In this document: piece by piece, positions 23,860-37,720 of the stretch
Position numbering within the stretch: position 1 is the stretch's first letter
Layout of the letters: each line of letters begins with the position of its first letter
From: Cyanophora paradoxa CCMP329
Lineage: Eukaryota; Plantae; Glaucophyta
Assembly (NCBI GenBank): GCA_004431415.1
Contig: QPMI01000423.1
Location: forward strand, 62,001-126,000
Direction of reading: 5' to 3'
Length of the DNA: 64,000 nt
Notes under the pieces: generated by a model
Database searches by the model: none
What the model was told of the DNA's origin: nothing
What the model saw: the letters and a program-made list of their open reading frames with translations, nothing else
Program-made: the position numbers and the translations under genes

Positions 23860-26800
23860 ATTTATTAGTCCGGATCCGGGGTTTTGGCCGCTTTATTACC
23901 TATAGCTAGTAAATATTTATCACTTAAGCTTGGCGCTGAGAGCTTTATTAGCGACCTTCAGCAGGGGGTGCCCCCCGCCCTCCGACCCCCCCCCGGCCCC
24001 CGGGCCCACGGCCCACCGTGGCACGGGCCACGCACATACACTGCGGTCAAAGAAGTGCGGAGAAGAAGGGCGCCGACGAGGTTAAAGCTTAAGGGTGTAC
24101 GTATACCCCTCCTCGCAGCACTGCTTTATTACTCTAAAATCTTTATTAGAGCGGCCTCGCAACTACAGACTACAGTAGCTTGCCCAGGGCTCCTCACATG
24201 TACAGCCGGACCTCAGGCCGCGGGCCTAGCCTAGTAGGGCCTAGGCCTGCCCGGCCGCAGTGCTAGCGCGCGCTGTCACTGGCGGCTGGCCCCGAGTCCC
24301 AGAGTCCGACGGTCCTCCGGGCCCGGGCCCCGATCGCGAGGCCCCCGACTCCCCACTGAGTCCCCAGTGACTCGCAGTGACTCAGTGACTCCCAGTGAGT
24401 CCCCACTGAACTTGAATCCCCATGGCCAGGGCGAGTCGGAGTCTCGGTCCGACTCTCGGAGACTCGGAGCCGCTGAGCCAGCGCTAGCAGCTGCAGCCTG
24501 CAGCCTGTGCAGCCTGCAGGTGCCAGCCTGGCAGTCTCCGAGGCTCAGAGCCGCTGAGCGGCTCAGCCTGAGCCTGCCAGGCTGCAGAGTCAGTGCAGAC
24601 CAAGCTGCCTGCAGAGTCACTGAGTCAGTGCAGACTGCATGCGCAGTCTGCAGATCGACCGTCGGACAGCGAGGCGGGAAGGGCATGCGCAATGACTCAC
24701 TGCCAATAATAATAAGTGCTCAAGCCGGCCGCGGGCTGGCCATGGGCGGTCAAGCGCTTGATCATGATCATGACCGGCTTTTGGCCAGCTCAAGCCGGCT
24801 CAAGCCCTGGCCCGGGGGGGGGCAGGCCTAGGGGAGGGGGGGATCGGCGCGCGGGGGTACTTCGACGCAGCTGCAGGGAATTCGAAGCCGGCGCGGCGCG
24901 CGCGCGCGCCTGCGATCGATGCTATGGCATCGCGACCGTCGGACCGGATGTCGATCCTATGATCTAGAGGTCTGAATTCGAAGAGCGTGCGGGCCGGCAC
25001 CGACGTCGACGTTGCAATTAAATTAAAATATTGCAATTGCGAGCTCCGCGGCGCCGGCCGAGCTTGCCGAGCTCCGAGCTTGCTGAGCTAATTTATAAAT
25101 TAGCAGCTCATAATCAGTGTTTCGATGTGTTTCTTCCGAATTCGAAGCAAAATATATATAAGCGCTAGCTATAGCATTTCGAATTCGCTGCCGCAGTGCG
25201 GGGCTGAGGGCTTGCGGAAGTGTATACGTACCCCCCCTTCGGCTTGCCTCAAGCCGGGCCAAGCGCTTGACCCGGCCAAGTGGCCAATTGCAAGCGCTTC
25301 TCCGGCCGGATCTCTACTCCGGATCCGGCCCTCCGGGATCCCCCCGGCCCCCCCCCCCCCCCCCCCCGCGGGGCCTTAAAAAAACCATTTGGCTGGGGTT
25401 GGCGCGCTCTACAGGCCAATCGGAAGTGAACTAGTGCTGTTGACTGATTGATGAGCTGAAATTAAACCACCGATTTAAATATCTCAATCGCAAGATCTCT
25501 GCTGTACGAATACCGTGTAATTGGGCGCGCGGTCTAGCTAGCTATAGATCTCGGTGAGGACCGGATCGAGGTCCGAAGGGATCTTTTTTGCTCGATTGTT
25601 TTGGAAAATTTGGTGCGCTTCCCGATTCGTCGATAATTAATATTGGAGATCGCTGAGTGGACAGCAATTAATTGCGAAAAAGTTGCAAGTTACTTGCAAG
25701 TTGCAACGTACGTGCGACGTCGCCGAGTCGACGGACCGTCACGGACGCCGACTCGTCGCCGAGTCGCCGACGGTTAACGTTGACGTCGAGTCGAGCTTGA
25801 CGCGGATCTCGTCGACGTCGACGCCGCGGAGTTTTTGAAGGGTGCGAAAGGACCGATCGCGATCGCGATCGCGAGCGCAGACCGACTTTGTTTGTTTCGG
25901 AGGTTTGTGTCAATGATTGAGCTTTGTTTGTGTTTTAATTCGATACTGTCCAGATTGTCCAGATTGAGCTTTGATCGTCTTTTAATTCGATATATACGTA
26001 TATACGGGTGTATATATATATCACTTTTTCATTTGCTTCAATTAAAGCATGCTAGAACTGTGCACGCCGTGAGGCCCGTGACGTGAACGTTAACGGAGGA
26101 ATTTTCGCCAGATCTAGCTATAGAGTCTTTATTTCGTCCATATTCGTCAAACCTGCGCGTGCACTTTGACGCGTACGATAATTTGATACTCGAACTGAAC
26201 TAAAATTGTGCATAGGGTACTACCGGAAATTAAAGGCTTTTTTTTTGGTAAATTACCGGCCACAGTCTCTAGACACCAGCACTGCGGGGGCTGCCCAGGG
26301 GGCCTAAAGACAAAAAAGCAAAATAACTAAGACAAGAGCAAGGAAATTAAAGTCAGTAAAACTCAGTGACTCCGAGGCTCATATAGATTTGCGGAAAGTT
26401 GCCGGAAACTTACTAAGTTAAAGGCGCCCGTTCGCATACATATATATACGTACCCCTCAGATCAGCAGCTCAGCAGCCTCGAGCTCAGGCCCTCAGCTAC
26501 ATGCATATGTAGTATGTACAGCTGCCGGGGGCCCCGGGCCCGGGGCCCGTCCTGCCAGTGCATGCCATGATGCGCAGGAGCACTGCGGCAGCTGTAGCTA
26601 CCAGTACCGTAGTACTAGGCTATAACTAGTGGTACGGGTATACGTAGTGCGCTGACCAGGCCTAGGGCGACGTCCGACGGTCGAATCGAAGACGGGCACA
26701 CTAGTACTTTATCTTGCTTGCAAGTTGCAACGTACGCGTTCATTGACCGACCGAGTCGATCGAGCCAAGGAGACGGGAAGCACAGTATGGCTTCGATGGA

Positions 26801-27021
26801 CGTCGACGCGCCCGGCAGCGGATTCGGACGGCCGCGGGCTTCGTGATATACAGGCGTCGACGTCCCGACGGTCGCGAATTCGGCGCACGCCTAGCGCCTA
26901 TGGCCAGCAGCGGTCGGCGCACTTTATAGCAGCTCTTATGCGTATGGACACCGCGGCCACCGCAAGCTTCGCGGCTCGTCGGACCCTTTGAATTGCAGGC
27001 CAGCTGCAGGCCTAGGCCTCG

Positions 27022-30000
27022 ATGAACGCGCAATTGCAACAGCGAGAGGCCGCCCTCGCAAGAGCGTTGCCGTATCTGCCAGCGGGATTGTTCCGGCACG
27101 CCCTCCCCCAGCTGCAGCAGCTACGCGATGGAGCAAAGGCCACTGTCGCCTCGATCAAAGGCGCTGCTCTCTTCGTTGACGGTGCGCCTGTCCCCCGGCC
27201 CGCGCGCGGGGCGTGGAAGCTCGAAGCTATAAATGCCACGTGCACGGTGGTCCCATGCATAATCCATCTTTGAGCTACAGATCTAGATTCGCTTGCATTT
27301 CCATCTGCACATGCCAGGCAGCGGCCTATCCCATGACATGTATGCGTGCGACAGTGGCTGGCTTCAGCTCGCTTGCACGGAACTTGACGCGCTCCGACTC
27401 GCAAGGCGCCGCGGAGAAGGTGCGCACGCCGTCAGCATGATCATGGCCGAGTGGACTGGATTCCAGCTTCAGGATACAGATCTAGAGCCGGCGCCGGCGC
27501 CGGCGCCAGATCTAGAGATTTAATATCGATGATCATGACTATGCATATGATCTGTCGACGTCGACGGCATAGTGTGTTGCGGTCAAACCGCGGCCGCGCG
27601 CAACCGTACGCTTATGATTAGCCGTACGGATAGTAGTTGAAGCTGACGTTAAACGCGGCAATCGTGACGCGCATGCGCAGCTCGCATCAACACTGAACGA
27701 GTACTTTCTGGAGCTTGTCAGCCGCCTGCATGCGCGTGGGGCAGAAATTATCCTGTTTGGTGAGTGCGCGTGCGCGTGCTCGCGGACGCACGCGCGCTCC
27801 TTACGAACACGGGTGCACTTGTGCATTGAAGCGGGTGATGCTCTACTGGCGTTCATCCCGGCGGGCGCGGAAACGCCAATTCAAAGAACGGTCGCTCTGG
27901 CCGTCGAGGCTGCGATCGACATTCGGGCAATATCTTTCGCGCAAAGCCGAGAAAAACTCTGCGCTCACACGGGTCCGCCCCAGCCTTCGTATTCGATTCG
28001 CAATTTCTCCACAGATTGCGGTTTCTCATTTATAATCATCACGATCACGACGGCAGGGGTTGGTGTGGGCGAGCTGGAGATGTATGTGCTCCATGGAAGT
28101 GAGCGCAGAGCGGAGGTCCTCTTCTCCGGGGACGTTATTGCGGAGGGTGCCCACGCCATTAATATTCCAGTTCTAAAGTGCGCAGAGTGCGTGTGCGATG
28201 CGGGCCTCATGCGCGAACGTATGCGCGCAGTGTGCGAAGCTCAGCGGGCATCGAAGGAGACAGACATCGTCCTAACTTCCAAGGCGTTTGAAATGACTCG
28301 CGAAAGGCTCAACCTCAAAGCCGAGGTTCTACACGGGCTCCGCCGGCTCGTCTTGCCGCCGGCGAGCGCGTACCTTCACCAGAAGCAGCTGCAGGCCACC
28401 AAGCTCCCTGCGCCGCAACGAGATCTAGAGACGAGGCAAAATATTAATGAGTCCCGGACGTGTGGCTGCGGGGCCCCGGCGCTTCTGTGGCACCGAAAAG
28501 AAGCGAAATCAATATCCACGTCGCTTCTTTCACCTTTGACAGAGCAAATTTTGCTGCTCGCACCTCGTACGCCCACCTTTAGCCACTTTACCAATAAAAT
28601 CCAGTCTCCCGGCCTGTAACGCGACGCCGCGTGCGCAGCGGCGGTTGCCGACGGCGATGCGCACGAGTTCTGGGCGAACGACATCAGAACCGTCTTTATT
28701 GTGTTTGGTGCGCGTTCCGGCTATTCGCAAACTACCAGGTGGAGCTGATCGGAAGCCACTCTGTGCCAAGCCTCCATTCCGGAACTCGATGTGGACGCGG
28801 CAGCCGGCGCCCTTGAGCTGGAGGCGCAACATGCGCACGCCGATTCGACCGCACAGGAACAGAGTTCAGAGCGCGTCACTCAGTTTGGGCAGGCACGTAC
28901 CCCTATTATAATTACGAGCAATGAAATCAATATATTAAAGGGCGTGTTGAGAAGCCATGGCTCATATTGGAGCGCGCGGCGCTGCAGGTCGTGCGGGCCG
29001 TTCATCGAGTCGCGGCGGAATTCGGTGGCAGCGTCAACAAGATAATGGTGGATGACAAGGTGCGATCACGATCACGACTCTACGTATACGTACTATTTCC
29101 GAACGTGCGCTCGTACACAGGGTGCCTCGGCGATTATCGCCTTCGGTCTCCCTGGCAACGCACACGAAGACGGTGCGAAATGTTTAACATTTGCTGGGCA
29201 TGTGCACATGACCATATAGAGTTCGGAGCATTCGCGCTATGTACGCGCGGTTGGATCCGATGATCCCCTGGCTGGCTGGCCATGCATATGGCTGCCTGCA
29301 CTGGGCCCTGCAGCTGCTCGAGCTCATCCCAGCGTAGATGCGGAGCGGGCGGTTCGAGCGGCGCTGGCCCTCCAGTCGTGGTTCAAGCAGGGCACGTCGC
29401 CCTTCGCCTGCGGGGTTCGCGATCGCACATTCGCTGCAGCTGCGAGGGCTCAGCGAGCCGCTCGCGTCCCGCGCAGATTGCGGCGGGGCGAACGTTTTGC
29501 GGTTCATTAGGAGCCCCTTGCCGGAAGGAGTATGCTCTCATCGGTGCGCCCGCCGCCCGCGCGGCTGCGCTCGGTCGCGGCCGGTGCCGACGAGCGGCGC
29601 GCAGGTGATTCGGTGGTGCGCGCGCCCTTAAGCTTAAGCTTGCTTTATAGCTATTTGCAGCTGCGATTGGATTAAAATTGCTACTTGGCAAGATTTCACG
29701 AATTTCTGCAAGCTATTCCGGATCCGCAGTCGTCATTCACCGTTGCATTCAGAACTTGGCGGCGCGCCTCATGCAACTGGGGAGGACGAACGTATTCTCG
29801 AATTCGTCCGCAATGCCAGACGGGAATACAACACATGCACAGCAGGAAGTGCTGTGCGACGACAGCATCGTGGCGGCAGTCGCATCACGCGGCCGATCTC
29901 CAGTGAGCTCTTCGAATTCATGCGTGTGAATGCATTTGAGATCATAATCGCGTAATTCGTTCGTACAGGGCTTTTCTTTTGAGGCGCTGCCAGCAATGCG

Positions 30001-33000
30001 CGCAAAAGGATTTGCAGAGCCGATTCCCGTTTACCGCGCATGCGCGCGGGCAGGGGAGTCAACGCCAGGGGCATCCAAGGTCAACGCAAGGACGCATATT
30101 CCCATCACTGGTACCTCAGCTGTGATTGCGAGTCATTCAGCGTCCTCCCTGTTCGGACGGTGCGGTCCGGCGCACTTCGCGATCGAGCTAAATTCTCCAT
30201 GCCCCCATCTTGCTCGACCCGAATTCGAATGCGGCGCCTGTACATGTGCAGAGAAGCCGAGCTAGAAACGGCGATGAGGGCCGTCGAAATGCTGGCGACG
30301 CACGGCAGCGGCTCGACGCTCGTCTTCGAAGGCGACCCCGGGCTCGGCAAGAGTCGCTTGCTTCGCGAGCTGGAGCGCGCCTGCGCGAGCCGCGGAATAC
30401 TTGTCCTGAGCTCCGCCGCCGGGGCGGTCGAGGTCTGCGCGCGACCTGCAATTTCTTATCGTCGCCGGTTTCAAAAGCTAAACTCGCCTCGCGATCGCCT
30501 ATCTTCAGGAGTCGACCCCGCTATGGGTGCTCCGTGGTATCCTCTCTTCCATAGCGGACACGTCGACCAGGGGGGCGCTTCGATCGAGCCTTCAGAACCG
30601 CTGCCTCGTCTCCGCGGCTGATATTGACCTCCTGTGGACGAACCTGTTCGGGCTTTCGTCTGGTGCGTGACTGCAGGCCACTTTGTTTTCATTCGATCGC
30701 TTTCGCCAACGTTAACGCCAAAAGCTGTAGACGCGGAAGACTCTTCGCCTGTGAAGGAGATGAATTTGAAGGGGGAGAACGCGCCGCTGGACACGAGCGC
30801 GAGTGCCGAAGACGGCCAAAGCGCCAATGGGCAAGCCAGCGGAAGGCAACGGCGGCTCTCCTACCAGAGCATGCATGGGTCGGCGTCCCGTCGCCGGCTC
30901 GTTCTCGACAGCAGCGTCATCAACGCCTCGTTCTCGAAATCTTCGCGGCGTCTATTTGGCGTCGGCCTCCTCATGCGCCTGTCAAGCGCTCTCTCTCGGT
31001 GCCGAACCACGCCGATAATCGATATCGGCCGCTCCCTTTTTTGGTCTTTCAACCGCCTGAGATGTGCCGCGCCGTTCAACGGTTGTTTGCAGGCTTTTCC
31101 AAGCGCTCGAGTGCGAGGATATTCAATCTAGGAGGAAGCTCGCTCTGTTTATCGAGGTTCGAGCGTGTTTAATTTCTTGTACCCGCGCGGGTTGGCCCTT
31201 GGCTTAGCTTTTTTTTTCTGCCCCTCAGGACTCGCACTGGTGTGCAGTGCTTTCTTTTGAATATATATCCCGCGTCGACGTCGTCTAGTATTATTATTGT
31301 GGAACGAACTGCGAGTCGACGTCCCCCGTCGATTTAACTTCTCGTGCGCGTATAGGATGGATTCCTCGAGCTGGTTTGTTGTCCGCTGCATCCGCGACAC
31401 CTGCCCCCGTTTGCTGGTGCGCTTCTGCTTGGAGACTTGAGCATCTAAAGGCATTTTTCATAGTGATTCGCGATCGTTGAAACCGTCTCAACCTTGCTTA
31501 TCCAGCTGGTCATTTCCGCACGCCCGAAGGCCGACCCGTCGAGAGACTACCTCCTCTTATCCGGGCAACTCCAACTCCCGAACGACTTCGTCGACGAAAA
31601 CTCTGGCGACTCGGGCAATCAGATGGCGGTCCGGATGCGTTCCGAGAATGATGATCATGACGCAAATGCGGCTTCTACGCTTGAGACGGAGCTCGAGGAT
31701 CCAGACAAAGTTACGGCGATTAACGGCTCTCCGATGAAGTCGTTCACAGCAAAGACGCGGGAGAACTCCCTACGATCCATCAGTCTTCCTCCGCTGAAAG
31801 CACCTCCGCGAGTGACGCTTCTGAAGCTCAATCCTCTCTCAGAAGCGGCTTCCTATGATCTTCTCATGGTGCGTAGAACTTCAGTAACATGTAGAAAAAC
31901 GTTTGCAGCTGTCGCCCGTATCCGAGTGATCGATGGGCGCTTTACGATTTGCAGAACCTGTCGGATCGGATGTCGCTATCCTGGCCAGAGGTGCGTGCCG
32001 CAGTAGGAATATAGAATGGCCGTGAAAGGGTTGTAGCCTGCAGACTGGCTTTAATACGCACGCGATCTCGCGCAGGGTGTCGTTGGATTAGTTCTGTCCA
32101 AGGCAGCTGGCGTGCCACTCTTTCTCGTGGAGCTCTGCCGTCAACAGGTGCGCCACACAGCCATTAAATATTTATGATAAATATTATTCGATCAATGCAC
32201 GGAGCATGGGATTTGTGTTTGCCTGTTTAATTATAACGGGTCTACGTCATCTTTGCAATTGATGCGGAAACCTTGCAGGTGGCGGGGGGCGATGCTGCAC
32301 TCGAGCTCGGCTCCGGTGTCTTCCAAGTGCCGGATACGATCCAACAAATTGTCCTCTCCCGCGTTGACAACCTGCCTTCCGCTGCAAATGAGAGTCCGCT
32401 TCGATTATTCTGCTTAATTGAGCTCCACTCTTCTTGTTTTTAACGCGCAATCACTGAAGGCTGTGCTCAAGCTCATGTCTGTCATCGGGATTAACTTCAC
32501 GTGCGAGGCGGTCATCGCGGCCGACCCGAGCGGCCTAAGTGCCGCCGCTGTGCACAAGTCCTTCCGACAGCTCTGCAGGGCCGGTCTCATTGGGGTGGGC
32601 GTCTTTTCTGCTTCGCGGTCGCTGAAAGTGCGTCCTATGGTGATGAGGGCGATCGCGATCGTGTGCAGGCGGCGAAGGGTCGGTTGTCCCTCTCGACAAC
32701 CCCGAACCCAGAATTCGGCTCCATCCCGGAGGGCGTGGAGGGCAACGTCGTGGACGACACGCCGGCCTCTCCGTCGTCCGTCGGCTGGCCGAGCCCGGGC
32801 AAGCCCTTCGTCTTCCTCCACGCCCTCGTGTGCGACGCGGTCTACGGGTCCATGTCGAACGCCATGAGGCGCGACGTGCACCGCCGCGTTGCGCGGTGGA
32901 CCGAGGCTTGTGGCGGCGTGGGCAGCGACGACCCCGCTGTCCTGATGGTCCACTGGCGCGAGGCCGGCGAGCCGAAGCGGTTCGCCGAGTGCCTCGGCCG

Positions 33001-35806
33001 AGCGGCCAGACGGGCCTACCACAAAAACGCGCTTCCGGAGGCCAAGAGGTGCCCAATTCATGTCAACGCGCGCGTATACGTACCTTACAAATATATTCCC
33101 GTTGTTCCTGTCTCACGTCGTTTGCGTGCAGGCTGTTCTGTGAGCTGGTGGCAACCATCGACACACTCAAGCTCGCTGGCCCCAACTCTTCCCCGCTCCC
33201 ATCGGCGCTACGGCCATCGAAACACGTGTCCTTGCGGGAGGCCGATTCTCGCGACAGCGCGAGGGTCGATGAGCGGGACTACGAACGGTGGCGCACGACC
33301 CGCGCGGGCGCGCTTCGGCACTGGGCCTTCGCCGAATTCTTCAGCGGGAACGACGCCATCGCGGGAGCTCTTGCGGTCGCGTGCATTGAAGGCCTCGGGG
33401 AGCGCTTGCCGAGCAAGCCCGCGACAGCTCTGGACTTGTTCCGTGCGCGCTTCCGGCCGCCCGAACTATCATCATGATCATATAATTACTGTTGTCCCGC
33501 CCACTCAATGCATATGCGTGAAACCGCTTGGGCAGGCGCGCTGTTCTATCTGGTCAAGACTCTGCGAAAATACGGCAAAGCTGAGGCTCGGCCGACGACG
33601 CGGCCGCACGGTCAGCACTGGCTCCAGCGACCCGAGCGTGGGCAGATGCGCGAGGCCTTAATGGAAAGCCTACTCGTCTGCGCGTGGTTCGTGAGCTTGA
33701 ACTTTTTCGTGCGGGGGCGTGAGCTGAACTGCTGTTACAACCCAGGATCGGATTGCGGAAGGAAACTTTCGAGGGCAGGGGGGGCTTCGCTTGGGTCATT
33801 AAATGCATCACTCGCGCCCTCGAAATATCCGAGGGGACCCCGGAAGAGGTTCGCTGTAGTATCCGCTGCTGTCTCACAATATCAAGCACCCAATCGCAAC
33901 AATCTCCGACGCTCGTGTTCCTTACTGCATGATACTTTCTGTCCGATTCGTCGTTACAATTGACGTTTCTCTACGCCAGATGCTCGGCGTTGCAGACGCA
34001 CGCGTGCTCGCGAACTTTTCCTCCTACATCCAGCCTATCGGCTTCCCCATCCAGGCCCAGCGCTTCCTGGCGCGGGCGCACGCGCTGTCGGAGACCTTGG
34101 GGAACGACTCGGCCCGGAGCGTGATTCTGAACCACTCGGCAATGCAGTTCTCCCGCGACGGGCGCTACGCAGAGGCGGCGGCCCTGTTCCGACGTGCCGC
34201 GATGCAGCCGAGGTGTGTGCGCGCGCGCGCGGGCCGAATCCGGAGCCTGTTCAACGCTTCCAATTTATATCATAACCGCACGCGATATCCCACCGTCCGC
34301 AGCCCACAGCCCAACAGTCACGAGTTCTTTGTAACGGGCGCCGTTCCCCTACTTTTCATAGTGCGCGCATTTCAAATTCGCAACGCAGTATATCGCGCGA
34401 CCGATATTTGCGCCACCATCAACCTTCCACGACGTCTGCTCTCTGACGAATTTCGATCAGGGCTCCCTTGAAGAGGCGAGGGGCATGCTAGAGGACGCGA
34501 AGGTCTTCGCGAGCCGCCTCGGAGTGGACCGGTACGGGGCCGTTCTAGCCTCGATGGTCGGCGCCCTGTTGCATGTGCGCGATCCCATGCCAGGCTGCAG
34601 CGCTAGCTGCATAAAATTTTTAAAGACGCGCGGCTGCTCGCTCCGCCCTCGCTGACGGGTCGAGCGGGGCAGGTGATGGCCGGCCGTGACGCGCAGGCCG
34701 CCGCCCAAGTCCAGGTGGCAGAAGAGGTGTCCGAATTAAACGTTTCTTGAACATGTGCACGTGGCCATCGCCGAATATTTATGCTCGAATGACACACAGG
34801 CTATCCGCGAGAATGCGTCTTTGCGCTGGTGCGGGCTTGCAATTATATGGGGATTTTTCTGCTCGCTTTTCTCAAGATCGCCTTCGTCTGCACAGGTGGG
34901 CGGTCGAACTCGTGCGCGTTTGCAAGGTGCACCCGATGCATATGTGGTCCTGTATCCCTCGAGCTCTCTCCGCCTCTTTGCGAGCCGCGCGGCAGCTGGT
35001 CCTTGCCTGGAGAAAGGGGGACAAGCTTCTTGCGGCGGAGTGCGTTGAGGCGGCCAGAGCCATCTGGCTCCAGGACCGCAAGACATTGTCCTGGGTGGCC
35101 CTCCGTGCGCCCGTCTAAAATTAACACTCGAGTTCCGCCGCGCATGTGCTGATTTTCGAATTCGCCTTTGCCCACGCGAGCAGTGCTCCCCGTGATTGTG
35201 GTCGACTACGCTCTGGCGTCTCGCGCGGAGGCCCGCGCCGCGCTGGCGGCCGCAGAGGCCGCCTCCTCTTCGTCCCGCCGCGGAATCCGAAGTCGAATCG
35301 CGTCCCTCTTCGGCCTCGGCTGCCGCGTGGCGACCGGCCAGCCTCCCGCGGTCGCGAGCGCCGTCTCGCCGCTCGACGTGCAAGCGCACGCGCACGCGCA
35401 CTCCGTCAGCGTGCGAGACGCCGCCCTCGCGTCGAAGAAGGCAGACCTCTTCGCGCGGCAGATGGTCTCTATGATGGAGGAGGATTGCCGGCGGCGCCTC
35501 CCCACCCTCGCCCCTTTCTGCGAGCTCGCCCGGGCCGAAGAGCCGGGCCTGGCCCCCGCCCGGCGCCTCCAGCACCTTCGCACGGCCCGCGACGCGTTCG
35601 GGCGACTCGGGATGCGGCCCTTCGAAGCTCTGGCCTGGCTTCGGCTCTCTCGTGCCGAGCCCCGTGCGGCAGCGGCCGCGGAGGCCGCGGCGGCGGCAGT
35701 GCGGATCGCGGAAGAGACGGGCATGTTCATTCCTGCCCTGCGCCGCCCGGCAGCTGCGGCCGTGCCCTGGTCTGGCGATCGCGAGTACGTTTCCATTTGG
35801 GTGTGA
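27022..35806 (+). CDS. Soluble adenylyl cyclase (ADCY10/sAC-like): two class III cyclase domains + STAND P-loop NTPase + TPR-like C-terminus
   Basis: C1 AALFVD|VAGFSSLA...LNEYF...GAEIILF|AGDALL. C2 FGGSVNKIMVDDK|GASAIIAFGLPGNAHED...FCGSLGAPCRKEYALIG...NLAARLM...AKGFAEPIPVYR. NTPase LVFEGDPGLGKSRLLREL (Walker A at 30331-30354). GVPLFLVEL, VPDTIQQIVLSRVDNL, FVFLHALVCDAVY. Stop TGA ends at 35806. Confidence 0.92.
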
Positions 35807-36108
35807 TCACAATTTCGAGCTCCTCATTTTTTCGCGGTAGACACGTTAGGGCGCTTGCTTTATATAATTATAATACGTATGGACACGTGCACAGTAGTCG
35901 CTATAGTAGAGAAACTCGCACGACCGTCGTTTTCTTGAGCTTTGCCAAGCGGCCTTCTTTTTCTAGTTCGCAGTTGTCGAGTGTTGCAAGTTTTTCTAGT
36001 TTTTTACTGATTTCCGTAGTGTTGCAATTTGAGTGTAGCTGTAATAGTTTTTCTAGGCTTCGACAAGAAACTCACCAAATACAGATGGTTTGTTGAGTGG
36101 CTTATATA

Positions 36109-36810
36109 CTAGGGGCCCGGCCGCGTTTGGCGCGCCGGGGGTGCAAGGGGGGAATCGGGATCTAATGAAAGAGTAGTAGTGGCACGAACATGCACGGGGC
36201 AGCCATGCAAAACCGCCGCGTGACACCCCAGCGCCGCGCGAAGGAGAGGCCCGGAGAGCTCAGATCTACAGCTAGAGCCAAGCAAAATTTAGAGGAGACA
36301 GCTGGGAGAAGTGGTTGACATGCAAAAACCGCCGCGTGACACCCCAGCGCCGCGCGAAGGAGAGGCTAGCAAAATTTAGAGGAGACAGCTGGGAGAAGTG
36401 GTTGCCATGCAAAACCGCCGCGTGACACCCCAGCGCCGCGCGAAGGAGAGGCCCGGAGATCTCAGATCTACAGCTAGAGCCTAGATATTGGTTTTCCCCG
36501 AGTTCCTGCAGACCGCCGGGCAACCTGCTCGAGAGTCGCGTTCTGACTGCAGCTGCAGACTGGAGAGAGGAGAGGAGAGCTGTCGCGAAGAGACGAGAAG
36601 ACGGAAAGAGAGAACTTCGGAAAACTGGTTTTCCCCCTCGAAAACCGCTTTTTGCGTGCACGCTCCCAGCGACAAACACGTGTCGCGACCCCATTTTGGC
36701 TCATTTTTTTCCCGCGTTGCACACTGGACCTCGAAAACGGCCTCATAGAAGAATTTTGGCTGAAGCGAGGGAACGGGAAGCAAGGGGGTCCCCTTCCCCC
36801 CTTGCAATAT
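36109..36810 (-). mobile_element. Non-autonomous Helitron-like element, copy A (5' boundary uncertain)
   Basis: On the minus strand it ends in a GC-rich imperfect hairpin followed by CTAG|T at 36109-36112. The first ~90 bp and ~36700-36807 match copy B. Internal triple repeat aaaccgccgcgtgacaccccagcgccgcgcgaaggagagg. Confidence 0.6.
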
Positions 36811-37720
36811 TGAAAGTAGTAGAGAATCCGGATCCGCCTGCCCTTTTTTGAGCTACTTCCGTAGACGTGGCGGTTATTTTTTTTGAACCCGATCACAGTC
36901 TAGCTTTATACATAGCAGCCCAGCGTGCGCGCTGGCTGTGTTGAAGAATCGCATAGACGACTGGCCACTGTACAATATCTTAAAGGTAATGAGCTAGTGG
37001 TGACCCATGATCAGAACTGCTTCGAATTCTATATATAGTTTCATCCAGTCGGTACCTGCAGCTGTTGGTCTTTATATACAGCCTACGGTAGTGCAAACTC
37101 ACCTCCCGCAGATAGCTATATAGTGACATGCATATATATGATGTGTACAAATTGAAAGAATCCACGACGTCGACGCTCTTAAGCTTAGGCTAATCCTTAT
37201 CATGATCATGACCTCCTGCGCATGCAGCTGGCACATATGCATATATATATATAGCTATATATAGCCTGGCCTGGCACACACACTTACGAGCCTGGCACTT
37301 GTGCCTGGCCCGCAGGTGGCCAGGGCCGGGCCGGGTGGCCATGGGCCGGGCCGGGTGGAAACTGGGAATGGCCGTATATTTAAATATTACGTATATACGT
37401 ATACGTATGCGGGCCGGAAGCGGGCCGGGGGCGGGCCGGGGGCGGGCCGGGGGCGGGCCGGATCCGGAAGCCAGCCGCTGAGCCGGGCGGGGTGGAAACG
37501 TTAACGGGTGAAGCGGGTCGTCGGGGGGCCAAGAGCTGGAACTATCATAGTATAGCACAAGCTAGACCTTCGGAAGCGTCGCAGCCAATCTGCTTCTCCA
37601 GCTCGAGCTCAGCGGCTCCAAATATAATTGATCTCAGTCCAAGGAGCCTCGGAGGAGGCTGTTCCTCTCATTTGCAAGCCGCCTCAAATCTAGCTGAGCC
37701 TCAAGCCAGCCCTCATGATA

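Noticed and set aside
36205-36480. Three 40-bp direct repeats as a CRISPR array
   Set aside because: The spacers are themselves repeated, the context is eukaryotic and there are no cas genes; this is an internal TE tandem repeat.
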